Source of the DNA: Paraphysomonas bandaiensis
Taxonomy: Eukaryota > Protista > Chrysophyceae
Assembly (NCBI GenBank): GCA_965644295.1
Contig: CBFFRP010000019.1
Location: 224,170-288,169 of the forward strand
Direction of reading: 5' to 3'
Length of the DNA stretch: 64,000 nucleotides
Shown: positions 37,050 to 50,229 of the stretch, piece by piece
Numbering within the stretch: position 1 is the first letter of the stretch
Layout: the number at the start of each line of letters is the position of its first letter
Translations under genes and position numbers: made by a program
The notes under the pieces: generated by a model
Database searches by the model: none
Told to the model about the DNA's origin: nothing
What the model saw: only the letters and a program-made list of their open reading frames with translations

Positions 37050-37847
37050 ATGGTAGATATTCAAAGCAATGACAACTCTCATGAGAAACCTCAGGATGTA
37101 AGAAACAGTACCGGTGAAATATATCGAATAGATAAAGAGGATATCGATGCTGTGTGTAATCATTACTCTAATCTCAGTCCTGAGAACAAAAGCAAGCATT
37201 GGGAGGAAGAAGATCTTTTCAAATATGACAAAAGCGCTTTCAGAGCAATTCTCAGGAATAGAGCTTTGGAACATATTATTCCAAGATGTGTCGCAGAAAA
37301 ATACATGCAGAAAAAACTGAATCGTGTAAGCAGTTCGAACAAAGTTACTTTGAACAAAATCAAAGCAAGAGTGAAAGATCTTGTGAATGCATGTTGTCGG
37401 CCATCATCCGAATTACAAGTAAAGGTCCATGATTCTCGCTTTGCAGAAGATGAGATCTTGCCGTCAAAGAAGAGTATTATGACATTGATGGTTATCCTCA
37501 GTAATGCACTTCAAAGGATGCGAGATAACATTCTTAATAATCGAAACTCTAAGATTGAGAACTATGATGGCAAAACGATTGACGGAATTATTACAGAGAT
37601 GGGACTTTCAAATATTTTGCCACGTGGAGACATGGGCAGGAGAGAGGTTACTAAAGCAGTTAAAAGGAAAATATTGGATCTTTATGGTATTAATGAGGAT
37701 GAATATAAGAGTTCCCATCGTTGTATACGACAAGATTTTTCAGAGGGTGTGCATATTTTGCATAAACCTCATGAGGTGGAAGTGGTGAAAGCTTCACTTG
37801 TAGATCAACTCCAGTCCTATGGAATACAGGCGAGTTCTCAGAAGTAA
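37050..37847 (+). CDS. Hypothetical 265-aa intronless protein
   Basis: Long ORF, TATA-like TATATAA at 36970-36976; no family recognised. Confidence 0.6.
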   Translation: MVDIQSNDNSHEKPQDVRNSTGEIYRIDKEDIDAVCNHYSNLSPENKSKHWEEEDLFKYDKSAFRAILRNRALEHIIPRCVAEKYMQKKLNRVSSSNKVTLNKIKARVKDLVNACCRPSSELQVKVHDSRFAEDEILPSKKSIMTLMVILSNALQRMRDNILNNRNSKIENYDGKTIDGIITEMGLSNILPRGDMGRREVTKAVKRKILDLYGINEDEYKSSHRCIRQDFSEGVHILHKPHEVEVVKASLVDQLQSYGIQASSQK

Positions 37848-38302
37848 TCGTTAATATTTACTTAAAGCTTTTTTGGAATACTTATTGCAATGCATAACTG
37901 CCGTTTCTTGTAATGGTACACAACATGCGTTGTAGTTGAAGAATGAACTATATACCCTGTAGGTTGAAACTGTAGTACTGTTTGAATTTAAATCATTTTA
38001 AGTTTAATTTCTAATTTTTAACCAACCGATTATAATTAAAGGAGCTGTCAAACATAATAAGTATTATTCATCATAGTTAAACTTTACTTTCGTGGATATT
38101 ATAGACAGATGTCAGCTTATATCGATATTAAAAGCACAAATTAATTACATATACTTTTTATACTAGCCAATATAGAAAAATAATTACAATGGGGTCATGA
38201 TGATTGATTGATATATAAATAAGAAGATGAAAAATTTTAACAAAATGCAGTTCACTGATTATTATAGATACTACAGCGACACCATTCTCTATTTACACTG
38301 CC

Positions 38303-39733
38303 TTAGCCTTTTCCGCTCTTTCCATTTCCCATGATATTGCTCATCTTATCCTCATCTAATTTGATCCAATAATTGGCCACCCATTTCGTACCACTTTGGA
38401 GTTTCTTTCCCGCGTGAAGAGCTGAATGATCAATTCTCCCATCAGCAAGGTGATTGAAAAAAATAATAGCTCTTCCTTTGACAGGAGGCACCTCGAGTCC
38501 GACAGGTGACTCACCGCTGGTACAGTACTGCACTGCGTCCTCCAATGACTCGTGAGCGAAATCATCTCCATGTTCCCTTGGCGCATATGGGAACCATGTC
38601 TCACCTCCCTGTAAGTCCTTACTGTCTAGATATACTAGCGCAGTTAACATCCTGGGATGAAATGCAGAAGAATCGTGATGTAGCTGGAACTGGCCTCCGG
38701 CATCATACTGCACCACCTGAAGATCCTCACTCATTAGCTGAACATAGGAAGGAGACAAGCCGACAAGGGCAGCGACACGCATCTGTAATTCTGCTAAAAC
38801 CTCATCCCGCGGAAGCCACGCATTCTTGCTAGATCTGTGAACCTCTCCTTTGTCATTATCCTGAGAAGTAGCAGCAGCGCGGCCCATTACCTGAGAGGTT
38901 TGAAGCAATGGTGTAGCTGTACGTGTCACATGATCGCACTCATCAGGGAGTAGCAATAAGGGAATATCGAATATCAGTGGCCGCTCACTTACACAGGTCA
39001 TTGAAAAAGAGTTCAGTACTCCACTATCATCGGCTTCTGTACTAGCAGTTGATTCTGCTGATCGTACCCAACTCCCGTCCACAAGTTTGAAACTGAATGT
39101 ATCGTTCAGCCTTGCCCCCCACACCCACAAGTTCTTATAGCTTCCACCCCCTGATAGTGTGTTCGTATCATCATCTCGTCGACTAGATTCTGCTTTTACA
39201 GCCTGTTGCTCATTAGCTAAATTCTCGGCAAGGGTGAAATACTTGTCCGCTTCCTCGGGCCTTCCAATGTCCTGTAGGATATTTCCCATCAAGTGGTACG
39301 CCTTGTGCATTTCTGGATCATGTCGTATAGCTAATGCACAATGTTTAATTGCCTTTGCGTTTTGCTGCAATCGCGAATTCAATACGACAGCAAGATTGAA
39401 ATGTGGCTCAGCACTGTCTGGCTGCGCCTCAACTGCTTGTTTAAACTTTGCTGCAGCAGATTCGTAGTCGCCCTGCTGCATATATATCGCCCCAGCATTG
39501 CTACTAAGCTGAGATGCAACTTTCCCACTTACTAAAGGTATCGTTCGCTCATATCCATTTAAAGCATTGATAAAGTCACCACTTTTATGATATGTAAGTG
39601 CCTCTTGTATTTGACGGCTGATTTTAGCAGTAGAAGAGCCTCGTGCAAAAGCAGACATATATCTCGAATTAGATGGAAATAAACAACTTAATACAATGCT
39701 TACTCGAACAAATTTGATGAATATAAATGTCAT
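38303..39733 (-). CDS. TPR-repeat prolyl 4-hydroxylase-like 2OG-Fe(II) oxygenase with hydrophobic N-terminal leader
   Basis: TPR motifs (SNAGAIY, HFNLA, YHLMGN); EDLQVVQY, HHD, GGETWF, HAG, KWVANYWI. Confidence 0.88.
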   Translation of the reverse strand: MTFIFIKFVRVSIVLSCLFPSNSRYMSAFARGSSTAKISRQIQEALTYHKSGDFINALNGYERTIPLVSGKVASQLSSNAGAIYMQQGDYESAAAKFKQAVEAQPDSAEPHFNLAVVLNSRLQQNAKAIKHCALAIRHDPEMHKAYHLMGNILQDIGRPEEADKYFTLAENLANEQQAVKAESSRRDDDTNTLSGGGSYKNLWVWGARLNDTFSFKLVDGSWVRSAESTASTEADDSGVLNSFSMTCVSERPLIFDIPLLLLPDECDHVTRTATPLLQTSQVMGRAAATSQDNDKGEVHRSSKNAWLPRDEVLAELQMRVAALVGLSPSYVQLMSEDLQVVQYDAGGQFQLHHDSSAFHPRMLTALVYLDSKDLQGGETWFPYAPREHGDDFAHESLEDAVQYCTSGESPVGLEVPPVKGRAIIFFNHLADGRIDHSALHAGKKLQSGTKWVANYWIKLDEDKMSNIMGNGKSGKG

Positions 39734-40281
39734 AACAGGAATTTGATATGAAGTTTTAATGTGGTGTGGTCCATAGTAGAAAATCGTAGAACTACGTCTA
39801 CTATTATACGTAGAGAGCAGCAGTGTAATTTTGATGTTTCGACTGAAAAATGGGCTTTTTTATTATAAAATGTAAAATATTTACACAACTAAACACTTTC
39901 TCGATATGATGAACGATGTATGGTGAATACTCTCGTTATGATGAACGAATTTAGGCTTGGTACAGGGGTTTTCGCACAAATCCCCCGATTTTACATAAAC
40001 CTATAGTTTTGTTTTAAAAAAAACACTTCTTATTCGGCTGCTGTCTACAGCAGTATGTACAGTTAGTATATCTCATATGACACGCATTTATTAAGTCATT
40101 CACTCCTGTTTGGCATGATCAGCACTGGTTTATCCCTGCCGGTTAAGGTAGAGGGTTACAATGTTACCATATGGTAGTGATATATCATTATTATAGAGCA
40201 CTGTGAGCCTATTAGATTATAAGCACTGCTGTGTATACACTCATATATATATTATCTTAATCACTGCATAAGATAGTAATA

Positions 40282-41271
40282 ATGGACGATATTTTAATGG
40301 AGGCTGCGGAAGAGGTTGAAGAGAGAGAAAGAGCAAAGAAACTGGCGAATCGAGACCTTGGAAGTGGCGGTGGAGGTGCCAGTATGGATGATATTCTTAT
40401 GCAAGCAGCAGATGAAGTGGATCAGCAATATGAAGACGAGGGATTTGAATCGAATGATGAATCAGCGATTCCAAAGGGTAATGTGAAAGATATTCTTAGG
40501 AAGAGTGCACAGGAGGTTGATAATGAAGCCAGGGATGATGCTCGTGAGGTTTTGACTGATGCTGCTAAATCCTTGAGGAAAACTGTGGACCCTGGTTATG
40601 TCGAGCAAGTGGCACAACCTGAAAAGCACAAGTACGATCCAGATAGCGACGACGATATTGTGTCGAAGCTACATCGCGCCAGCGAAAAAGTAGCTAAAAA
40701 GCACGACATTCCCAGCCCCACTGATGAGTCAGATGACGACAGCGTGGAATCGGAATGTAGTGACACTGGAAAAGAGTACGAAAACAACAGTGCTTTTTTG
40801 ATCAGCTGCTACCGCAGAAATATCGATTCTGTCGAACAGCATTTACGACGAGGAGCAAATCCACTCTATCGGGATCGCCATGGGTGGACTGCTGCACACT
40901 GGGCTGCTGCCAAAGGTCACGAGGAGATTTTGGACCTCTTAATACGCGAGTACAAGGGTAGGAAGTCCAGTAAACTTGTAAATGCAAAGGATAGTTTGGT
41001 GGGATGGACTCCCCTACATGTATGTATCACCAGTATGTGCTATATATATTTCTCACTTCTGTTATAGCTGGCATGTGTGGGGGGACACATCGACTGCGTG
41101 AGGCTACTTTTAGACCGTGGCGCTAAGAAGACAAGTCGTAACTCTCTCGGAGAGACCCCTGCGGACTGCATTAGTAGTAGTACACGTACTGCAGAGGGGA
41201 GACGATTAGCTAAATTACTCGGTGTGTGGTCTAGCAGCAGCGAAAGGGGAGACGAGTCCAAGAGAAAGTAA
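40282..41271 (+). CDS. Ankyrin-repeat protein with acidic repeated N-terminus (intron 41019-41067)
   Basis: GWTAAHWAAAKGH, GWTPLH|LACVGGH, GETPAD. Confidence 0.88.
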
Positions 41272-41863
41272 TTTTGCGTACGAACTATGTTTTATTGGCA
41301 CGTTGCGCAAGACTATATGACATATGCCTTAAGTGGTTTGTGTGTTGCATATATCATTATTCAGTCGGCCTATTATTTGATGGTTACAAATAAAATGACA
41401 TTTTTACATATGAATGCCTAACTTTTATGCGTTTGAGCTCCTAAAGAAATTCTTGGGTTGCGAATTGCGAAGTTAATGTTCAGAAGGGACAACATACTAT
41501 TGCTAAATCATGGCCATATTCTACTTCGCTTCGAAATCGACGAGTCACTAAATCAGAACACATACACAGAGGAAAGAGAGAATTGAAGGCTCAATCGGTT
41601 TTTAGAATATTTACTGCTAGTTGTAGTACATCACAATTAAAGCAGGGCCTGGTAACCATTAATGGCCCATTAATGGTAGTCCAGTTCCCGGCAATTATAA
41701 TGGCATTAATGAAAAATGTCCCGGCAATTATAATGGCCATTAATGGCCCATTAATGGTCTTTAATACCTACTAACTTAAAGTAGATAGCACCACTCATAT
41801 AATAGATAGTGCTGTGATCCCTTAATTACTATTTTTTAGTTAACTAGCAGACTGCAATTTTAA

Positions 41864-43630
41864 CTACTTCTCGCTGCTCTCTACTGGCACATCAGGATCT
41901 TCTTGCAGGGCTTCATGGATGGTATAAACATCCCACAACATGTAATTGGCTCGTAGGAATAGCAACGATTCTAGACGATATGGATTCATGTGTCTACGCT
42001 CAGGCGTCATAATTAACTTTGCACGACTAAAGAGCCTCTCAACAACATTAGATTGTGCTTAGTGGTCTAACTAGTATGACTAGCATTCTTCTAGCCACTA
42101 ATTGATGCAAGGTCTCAACGCCTATTGCTAAATAATCAGACATTCACTACTAGATTGTGCTTCGATATGAAGCAAGCAGCGGTAGTTGGACTCATAGGTA
42201 CCAAGTCGAGCTCTCTTGGTGACCTCGGCGCTGTCCAGAACACGCTGTGCAAAATCAGTTCCTTCACTCTCGTCCTCGTTATTTCTGTCGGGTACACCAA
42301 CCTCCATGGATAAATCCAGTTGCAAATGTCGAACTGCTCTTCTCTCATTGCCTGTCAACTCTCTTTCATCGTTCCCTTGAATTTTAGCCACTGCCTTCTC
42401 AAAATTGGCACTGGCAACAATGCTTGCGTTTGGGGAAAGGTATGAATGCAGCTCTGGAAATTCTTGTAGCAGCATATCAAATAACTGGCGGTCTTGGTAC
42501 AAATTGGTTCCATCTCTTTGTAAGGCCAGCGTAACACTCTGTAACTTTTCAAGTTGCGTCAAATATTGTTTCAGATCTCGAAATTTAGCTGGAGTAAGAA
42601 TCTTATCTTCCAGGGTGCTCGGGAAATTACATTCACCAAGAAAAGGATGCAGTTTTACGTATTTAACCAGCATGTTGTATGTTGAAGACCACCGAGTTAC
42701 ATTATTTCTTCTTTCCGGCTTTATGTTTGTCTTCTGCGCAAGCAAACTTGCATTCTTCAGCGTCCTTAGATCCTTCATCAATGAATCGATTCTTTCAATA
42801 ATGGTAGTGAGGCCTGTCTGGTTGCAGAAAATATTTGCAATTGCCAAATTCAGTCGATGTGAGTAGCAACCAACCATTGGCTTCTCCATTAATTCAGCCA
42901 GTTTGCGATTTACTGAACAGTTATCACACACAAGACAATCGACATTGGCAAGAGTTTTATTGAATACTCGCAGTTGATTAATGATATGATCTCCGATACC
43001 TGCCGCAGTAAATTCAATACCAGGTAAATCGTTTTCGTCCGGTTGCTCTTGAGGTCCGCAGCATAGTAACACTCGAGTAACCCCAGCTTTATTTTCCTTG
43101 GACCACATTGCGAATATTGCAATATAATGATCTGACATGCCATCGCATGTCCACCCATCAAAAACTAGACCAAATTTATCTGGTAACATAATACTCAACT
43201 TCCTTTCCACGAGTATATGTGTGCGTTGTAAATATTTCATCACCGTCGTAACTGAGATGGGTGCTAAATTGTGGTGTTCATCCGAATATACTTATTCTCC
43301 ACGATAGAAAATGGTTCGTCGTTCATAACTATCCATTGCAGCCACCGAAATAAGTTCCTTGCAGCAGGAGATACTTTCTTTCTTACAAAAGACAATATAT
43401 CGCCCCCGTGAAGTCTTTCACATCCCAAAATTCTCTCGAGTTCCTCTCGCCAAGAAAAATCCGCATGTTTGGTGCTCTTGGTTATATGATTAACACAACT
43501 AGTGTAACCTCGCTTTATATCCTGTTTAAGGCGATCATTGCACAAAGAACAAATATGATACAGAGGATTATCTGAATCCACTCGAAAGAAGACTCTGTAA
43601 ATTACACTGCCAATTTTTTCGGCCATCATC
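41864..43630 (-). pseudogene. Disrupted hAT transposase
   Basis: BED-like CSLC..H, FDGWT, CYSHRLNL, TRWSST, SNVVERLFS; frameshift near 43260 and 90-bp insertion at 42061-42150. Confidence 0.9.
42061..42150 (+). mobile_element. 5'-truncated retroelement 3' end inserted in the transposase
   Basis: 12-bp TSD TAGATTGTGCTT (42049-60/42151-62); removal restores HIEAQSNVVERLFS. Confidence 0.85.
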
Positions 43631-43859
43631 GTTAAGTCGAGGTAATACCAAAACCTGGCTTTTGATGTAAAACCTGGTGAAATTTTTGATGATGGTTGGA
43701 AAAGGGTATAACTATACACAATAAGTAACTATGAAGATAATAACAGTATGAAAAGTATTATTTATAATATTTTTTACTAATGTCTTCCATATTACTTCAG
43801 TTTTACAGCAATAAAAGTCACCGACTACACATATATATTACATACAGTTCACAAGTATG

Positions 43860-44020
43860 AACTATAACCATCTCACTATACACCACTTTACCATCTCACT
43901 AAACACCACTATACCATCTCAAAATACACCCACATACCATCTCACACCCATATACCATCTCACTATACACCCACATACCATCTCACACCCATATACCATC
44001 TCACTATACACCCATACCAT
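43860..44020. repeat. CCATCTCAC(TATA)CACCCA-type tandem repeats inside hAT
   Basis: Visible imperfect repeats. Confidence 0.75.
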
Positions 44021-44730
44021 ATTACTATGCATCACTATTTGCTTAATATGGATATATATACTGTATGGTATAAATACAGAGTAAAATATTACTTTGCTTA
44101 GTTGTGTACTGCTGTAGCTTCTTTTAACTTTGGGGGAAAATAGTATTTTTATGAATGTCTAGGTAAAATATGCATATTTTCAATGATTATTTTAGAGTTT
44201 TTGGGGTATATGAGTAGGAATTCCTACGTCGCTATATATAGATATTGCTTGAAAAGGAAACTATTCTCCACATTGAGAAGATGGTGAACAAAGTTGCCAC
44301 AAAGTGCCTGTAGAGTTGCATGAACATTGTTGTCTAATATTGCTTAGAGTTTCTTCGGAGTATAGAGGAGATACTATATTCTATTATCTTAAAAACACTC
44401 AGTTCTATATATAACAGTACAGATCATTAATGGGATACCATTAATGGCCCATTAATGGTAGTCCAGTTACCGGCAATTATAATGGCATTAATGAAAAATG
44501 TCCCGGCAATTATAATGCCATTACCATTAATGGTTACCAGGCCCTGAATTAAAGTATCCACAGATACAATCCAAGCAAAAAAAGTAACAAAATAATGTAT
44601 AGCAATAAGTAGCTAAGTTAGACTAAGATGAAAGGCGATAGTGTTTATATACGTTATAGTAAGTTAGCTTCTATATTCACAAATTATTTTTACATGGAGT
44701 AATAAGCAATAAACACTGCACTACTCAAAA

Positions 44731-46267
44731 TCAATTTGTTGTCAACGACACGCACGAGGCTGTTGCCGTCACGTCCTGAGAAGTGCCAGAGTAAACTATA
44801 CACTCTTTATCTTTCACTCTAGCACCGTCGCAATTACCCCAATATCCATAGCATGAGCATCCCGTTAGAATTTCAGATTCATTGCACGAAATAACAACAC
44901 TGGCATCATCACCAGCAACACTTTTCTCAATAACTCTAACAGAGGCATTAATGTTCGACACGAATCCGTTCTGCACATGTACATGAGGTTACAGGTTGGT
45001 AAAATGAACCATTACGCACCAGATGCTTTCCCCGGGCAATTACACCATTCTCAACGGCACCATATAACTGGATAGGAATCCAATTATTCTTATACTTATT
45101 TTCTTCTAGCCACTTCAGCTCATGTTCCAAAGCATCCAATTCACGGGATAATGTGTAAATCTGCATTGCAATTGCAAGCTCATTATGGCTATCTATTGCT
45201 TTGATTTCTTCAAGCGACGTTGATGATGTAATTGGCATCCAGTTCCATTGATTTCTAAGATCGCTCAATTGTTGCTGAATATCACGTCCGGCTTTAACTT
45301 TAGTGCTTACTAATTCAGTATAAGCAGACGCAACAAGATCATGATACGAGAGGACACTAGTATTCGCGGTGCATTCTAGAGAATCATTGACACCTAAATT
45401 AAAATTGGGCAGCTTGGAAAGCCTTTGATCCATATTAAGAATATATGTTTTCATTATTTCATTTTCTTCTTCGGCTTGTCGTAGTTGCTTGGATAAATAA
45501 TAAAATTTGAAATATACAACAACAACGAAGCAAATAAAAACGAGTTGGCGAACCAAAGTGTCCGACCATTTTATTGAAACCTTTGTAGACAGTCCATACA
45601 GAGCTGAAGCAACCAACCATAAAGCAGGGAAAAAATTTTGTGTGATAAACAGCAGCATGGTGTCCATGGCTTTTTCAAAGTATTTTTGTAGACCATATTT
45701 GCGATATTGCTTGTAGAGCCAATTTAAATAATAAAAATATCTGATGTGAAAAGATTTCGACGACCACTGTTCCAACTCGTCTATATATTTCATAAGAGTG
45801 AGTTCTAGTCTCAGCATCTCACCGTCGATAGCAGTTGATAAAAGGTAATAGTCGTCGTTGCCATCCGTCATATCTCCGCCCAGTTGTTCAACTTTAAGGC
45901 AAAGAGCATCCACAGCATCAGCCGTGTTTTTGTACATCCTCTGAATTATATCTCTCAACTCAGAAAGAGAGTGTGATGTCTTTTTATGAACATTATTTCT
46001 TAAATTCATGGCTCCTATAGATGCAGATATTCCTTCCAGAGACTGTTTCATAGCAATGGCATTTTTATATAACTCATTCCTCTTCTGCAGTTTCATTCTG
46101 CCCAATATTTCAATCTGTTGAGCTAAATTCATTGCTTGTGAGTTCCCGATTTTCCTGTGATTTAATATGGTCTCCATACGACTGATTTGGTCGTATAATT
46201 GATTAGTACTGATACCATATCGAATATATATTAACAGCATACATAGAATACCAGTAGATGATTTCAT
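44731..46267 (-). CDS. Signal-peptide/coiled-coil/TM protein with C-terminal Cys-rich (PCSK9-C/resistin-like) module; intron ~44971-45019
   Basis: Phase-0 GTGCGT...GCAG intron joins GKHL to NGFVSN; module SCNESEILTGCSC..CDGA..C..VTATASC. Confidence 0.6.
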
Positions 46268-47342
46268 TTCGTTATTACCTCTCAATGGTACTGTAGATGC
46301 AATATGTTTAATCAAGATAACGAACCTGCTATGTGTGATACTGGTACATCTATTGCTGGTATCATACTCACATACACAGCAAAGGTATCCAAGATACACA
46401 GCCAGAACCACGATACATGTGTTCGGAGTGTTTAAAAATCCCACCCCGCACTAAAAATTAGGCTCTTTAGTCCTAAAATCCTGCTATTTATGCAGTTTCT
46501 ACGTTTTTATATCTGCTTTCTACACTGTAACATGGATGAACAGACTGAGTGTGCTGTACAGATCATGTAGCATCATCACATGATCATTATCTACTGACGA
46601 ACTATCATACATCCGCGGAGAGTGATTCTTTCTACTTAAACCAATGCTGTTATAACAGGGCAACAGCTACATGTGGTGTGGATCGGCTGCGCAGTTTAAG
46701 TACAGTGAGAAAATATTTTATACATTTTGTCAGTCAATTATTCTATGAGACTGTGGATGTAATGTAGACGTCGTTTGTGGTGTATGCCTACTAGCGAGTG
46801 TCAGATTTCAAGCGTTTAGACTGCACTGAATCGTGCGTGTGACAAAGAAGAAGGGGTAGTAAACAAGCTTGAAGTTAAATATGAAGAATGTGGCTATATA
46901 TGTACAAAGTCACCAACGTAAAGAATAATTGAAGTCAATTTGAAGAAGGTTCAGTGTTTAGAAACTACTCTATACTATTCGCAGTAGAGATGAATGTGAA
47001 GATACGAAGATACTACACCAAAGGTGTTTGATGGAGTCCTTTTGTCCATAAACACTGTGATAATTGCTATGAACAAGACTAATGCTTTTTCCTTTATAAA
47101 GATTTGACTTTTCCTTGGATATCTTGAGAGCCCTACTTCTTATTATTTTTTCTTTTTATTATTTTTCAGTAGAAGTGCATCATATAGTGAGCAAGATAGT
47201 ATATCAATGTCAAAGTAACTTGTCTGCTCTAACATATTGCTAGGGAGGTTGTTGCTTCGATATTTTATAGTCATATATGCTTAATGCTTACAAATAATAT
47301 TTAAATTAAAGAAACGTTGTCGTAACAAGCTTTATTACAGCA

Positions 47343-48459
47343 TCACATTGGCTGCACAGTATTATAGTGCTCTCCTAACGCATAATAGTGTCTATGGTAT
47401 GTAATCTTAAGATGGTGCCCGCTGTCATATTCTTCGCCCATTTTCAATACCGGTTTGCCAACTTCATATATCCATATAGGCAACCGTAGACTTGAGCACA
47501 TGGCGTTTATCTCCAACTGTCCCCCCCATACTGCATCTAATTCAGACTCTACTTTTCGGCAGTACTCTTCATACTCAGCACTCGAGCCTTCTGTTCCTAC
47601 AAATGGCGCGAATGAGTCGGCGTTGGCCCGCATGTAATCAGCGGTTAGCTTCCTCAGTTCCACGAAGTTGATATCTGAACTCCAGGTTGCATGAGGAACA
47701 CTGATTGATCGCAATTGATCTGCCACAGCGCTGATATAACAAACATTATGATATATAAAGTTACATAACAAAAACATACCGATATAAGCAGTGACCATCC
47801 GATTCAATTTCCTTCACCTGACATACACATATAAGATAAATTACACGACCTTACTGCAATACAACTTTCAGAGACTCTGCAGTCAACATTTCATTCATTC
47901 TTTCATTTTCTATATCACGAGCACTCGGAGCAGAAGATGAATTAATTTGATCCTTTAATTGCTCTCGCTCAGCTTGTTTCGCTAGTTTTCTATCCTGAAG
48001 GCATGTTAAATGATATCGTGTAAAACAAAGCTTTACTTTTTTTCTCTTAGATTTCGCCTTTTTAGTTGCAGCTGCGTTTTCTTCTTGATCGACAGATTTA
48101 CAAGAATCTTCAGGACCTGTAGTCTGTTGTGAAAGATATTCTTCCCGAAGAGTGTCGCTGATTACTGCTCGTGTTAATTAGAAAAAATCAATCTCACACA
48201 TGTACGTACTGTCATTTTCCTCTAAGTCTTCCATTTCTTGCATGTGCTTCGCTTTGAGATCATATTCTCGTTGAATAGACTATATCGAGCTTAATTACAC
48301 CACAACACATACAGCTAAGGTTCACACCTGTGCCTCAACAACAGCTCTGTTACTCTTCTTGGCTGCTTTCATCATAGCCTTATTCTCAGATCTCAGGGCT
48401 TCCAACTCTGCATCCTGTTTTGCCTCAAGAAATTCTATAAGTGCCTGTTTATCACTCAT
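47343..48459 (-). CDS. OTUD6B: OTU deubiquitinase, OTUD6B/Otu2-like (multi-exon)
   Basis: Charged N-terminus, SDGHCLYR|AVADQL, WGGQLE, YHRHYYALGEHYN. Confidence 0.9.
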
Positions 48460-48937
48460 TATTTATATTGTCTACAGCCCTAATTCTACACAACAGTATT
48501 AATTAATGCAATGAAATGATGGCAAAGAAAGAAACGAGTTGCTTGTTAGCTATATGAAGCAGGTGGGCGTGCAGTGTTGGCTGAAACAGGCAGGCAGTGT
48601 ATTCAGCAGTATGTATGGTGTAGCCCTACATTGCTGGTTTATTGTCCCACAATCCTATTTTTATATAATACTGTTATATAATATGAAAACCGGGAATTTC
48701 GAGCCGCAGTTGAAAATCCCACATATACAGCACAGTGGTTTCAACGGAAGTATGCCTATGAACATGTACAGTGTGTATGTAGGGTTATGCTGTCTATAGG
48801 CCTCTACTGTGCTACATTACAAGTAGCAACGACGAGAAAATAGTTACAAGTCTATCTAGAATCAGAATCGTATTGTTACGTGACTGGAGTGTCCTCCTCT
48901 TCTATCGTGAAAGGTTGACTCATTTTGTTTTCTAGTT

Positions 48938-49138
48938 ATGGCTTTGGATGAGGTGTATGTTTTGTTGATTATTATTGTCAGTATTGTGTTTGGAATCCCT
49001 CCGCTTCGATGGGTTTATCGATCATATATAAGACAACTTGTGGAAGTTGCAAGTGAAAAAGTAGGAGAATATAAAAAGAAATTAAGCGAAAGAATAAGTG
49101 ATGCGGGGAGAAAAGTTAGTCAGAAAATGAGAGTTTGA
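48938..49138 (+). CDS. Small single-pass membrane protein (66 aa)
   Basis: N-terminal TM helix then basic amphipathic tail. Confidence 0.55.
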   Translation: MALDEVYVLLIIIVSIVFGIPPLRWVYRSYIRQLVEVASEKVGEYKKKLSERISDAGRKVSQKMRV

Positions 49139-49754
49139 ATATGGTGTATATATATGTGTATCATTTCCATTTTATCATTTGAAAAATATGCTGTGATGTT
49201 ATACTTAGTGGTAAGTGTAATAATTTGAAGTGAGAAATGTGTTATTTTCATGGTGTAATGAAAGGAGAATGCATTGATGCCTTGTGTAGAACCGGTATTT
49301 TACTGGCTACGATAGCATATATCCTCCTTAGTGCTACTTTCGAGATTCTTACTTTAATACAGTATAATTAGCTACGACTTTGCGAATATGCTATGCTTAC
49401 TCTCCATATAATAGTCAGATAGCACAGAGCACTTCTCGGCAAGTCAGTGGTTATCATGCAGCTAATAATTTGCTCGAAAATTCTCAAGACAACACAGGAG
49501 TGTGTATCTAATAGAAATATCTAATAGACTGCATAATTACCAAACTATATACGATACGCGACTGTACAAGATACGCACATATGTGTGGTGCTAACGCTCT
49601 GCTCAAACGTGTCTTGCTGTTGTACTATTAGGCCTTATCATTCAATCTTTATCTCTAATAATACCAAGTGTATCCTTACTAAATACCAAGACTAGCTTTA
49701 AATATTATTTTGATGCAGCTGAAAAGTTTACTTCAATGATGCCATGAAATATGT

Positions 49755-50210
49755 AGTCCTCAACAAAGTCGGACTCGCACCTTTTCGTGGTGTTCTGGGG
49801 AATAAGTACCGGAGAGATTCTCTCTGGGAAACTAACGTGAGCCGCAAACATTGTCAGCAGATATTCTTCTGCCCACTCATAGCCGAACGTTTGTGTGGTA
49901 CAAGGGACACCAATAAGTGTTACTTGTGTAGACGTCTTTGGGCCCTGACGAATAAACAGGCATCCGGAAATGGGCCCAACTGAAGGGCATCCGGGACAGG
50001 GCCACCTGCTGAAGTCAAGCATCCGGGATGTTCACCTCAAAAACTCAGAGCGGAAGTGGTCGCACCTTGGTACTTGCGGCAACGCACAAGCAGCGTTAGA
50101 TAGTAGGATAAAAAAGTGTGTACTGATTAGTTACAGGTAGAGGTCTAACTAGCGTTCATCTAGCCACTAAGTTGGTGCAGGTTTATAACGCCTATTGCTA
50201 ATAAGACTTT
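49755..50210 (+). mobile_element. Copy of dispersed retroelement-like family
   Basis: 49755-50035 similar to 13815-14052; 50045-50205 is reverse complement of 13180-13357. Confidence 0.65.
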
Positions 50211-50229
50211 CAATATATGAAATATATGT

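Larger units (their letters stand above)
41643..44546 (-). mobile_element. Near full-length hAT transposon (CCATTAATGG family)
   Basis: TIR CAGGGCCTGGTAACCATTAATGG; 8-bp TSD AATTAAAG (41635-42/44547-54). Confidence 0.95.

Noticed and set aside
44948-44976. Programmed frameshift between the 498-aa and 81-aa ORFs
   Set aside because: Explained by a normal 49-nt phase-0 intron
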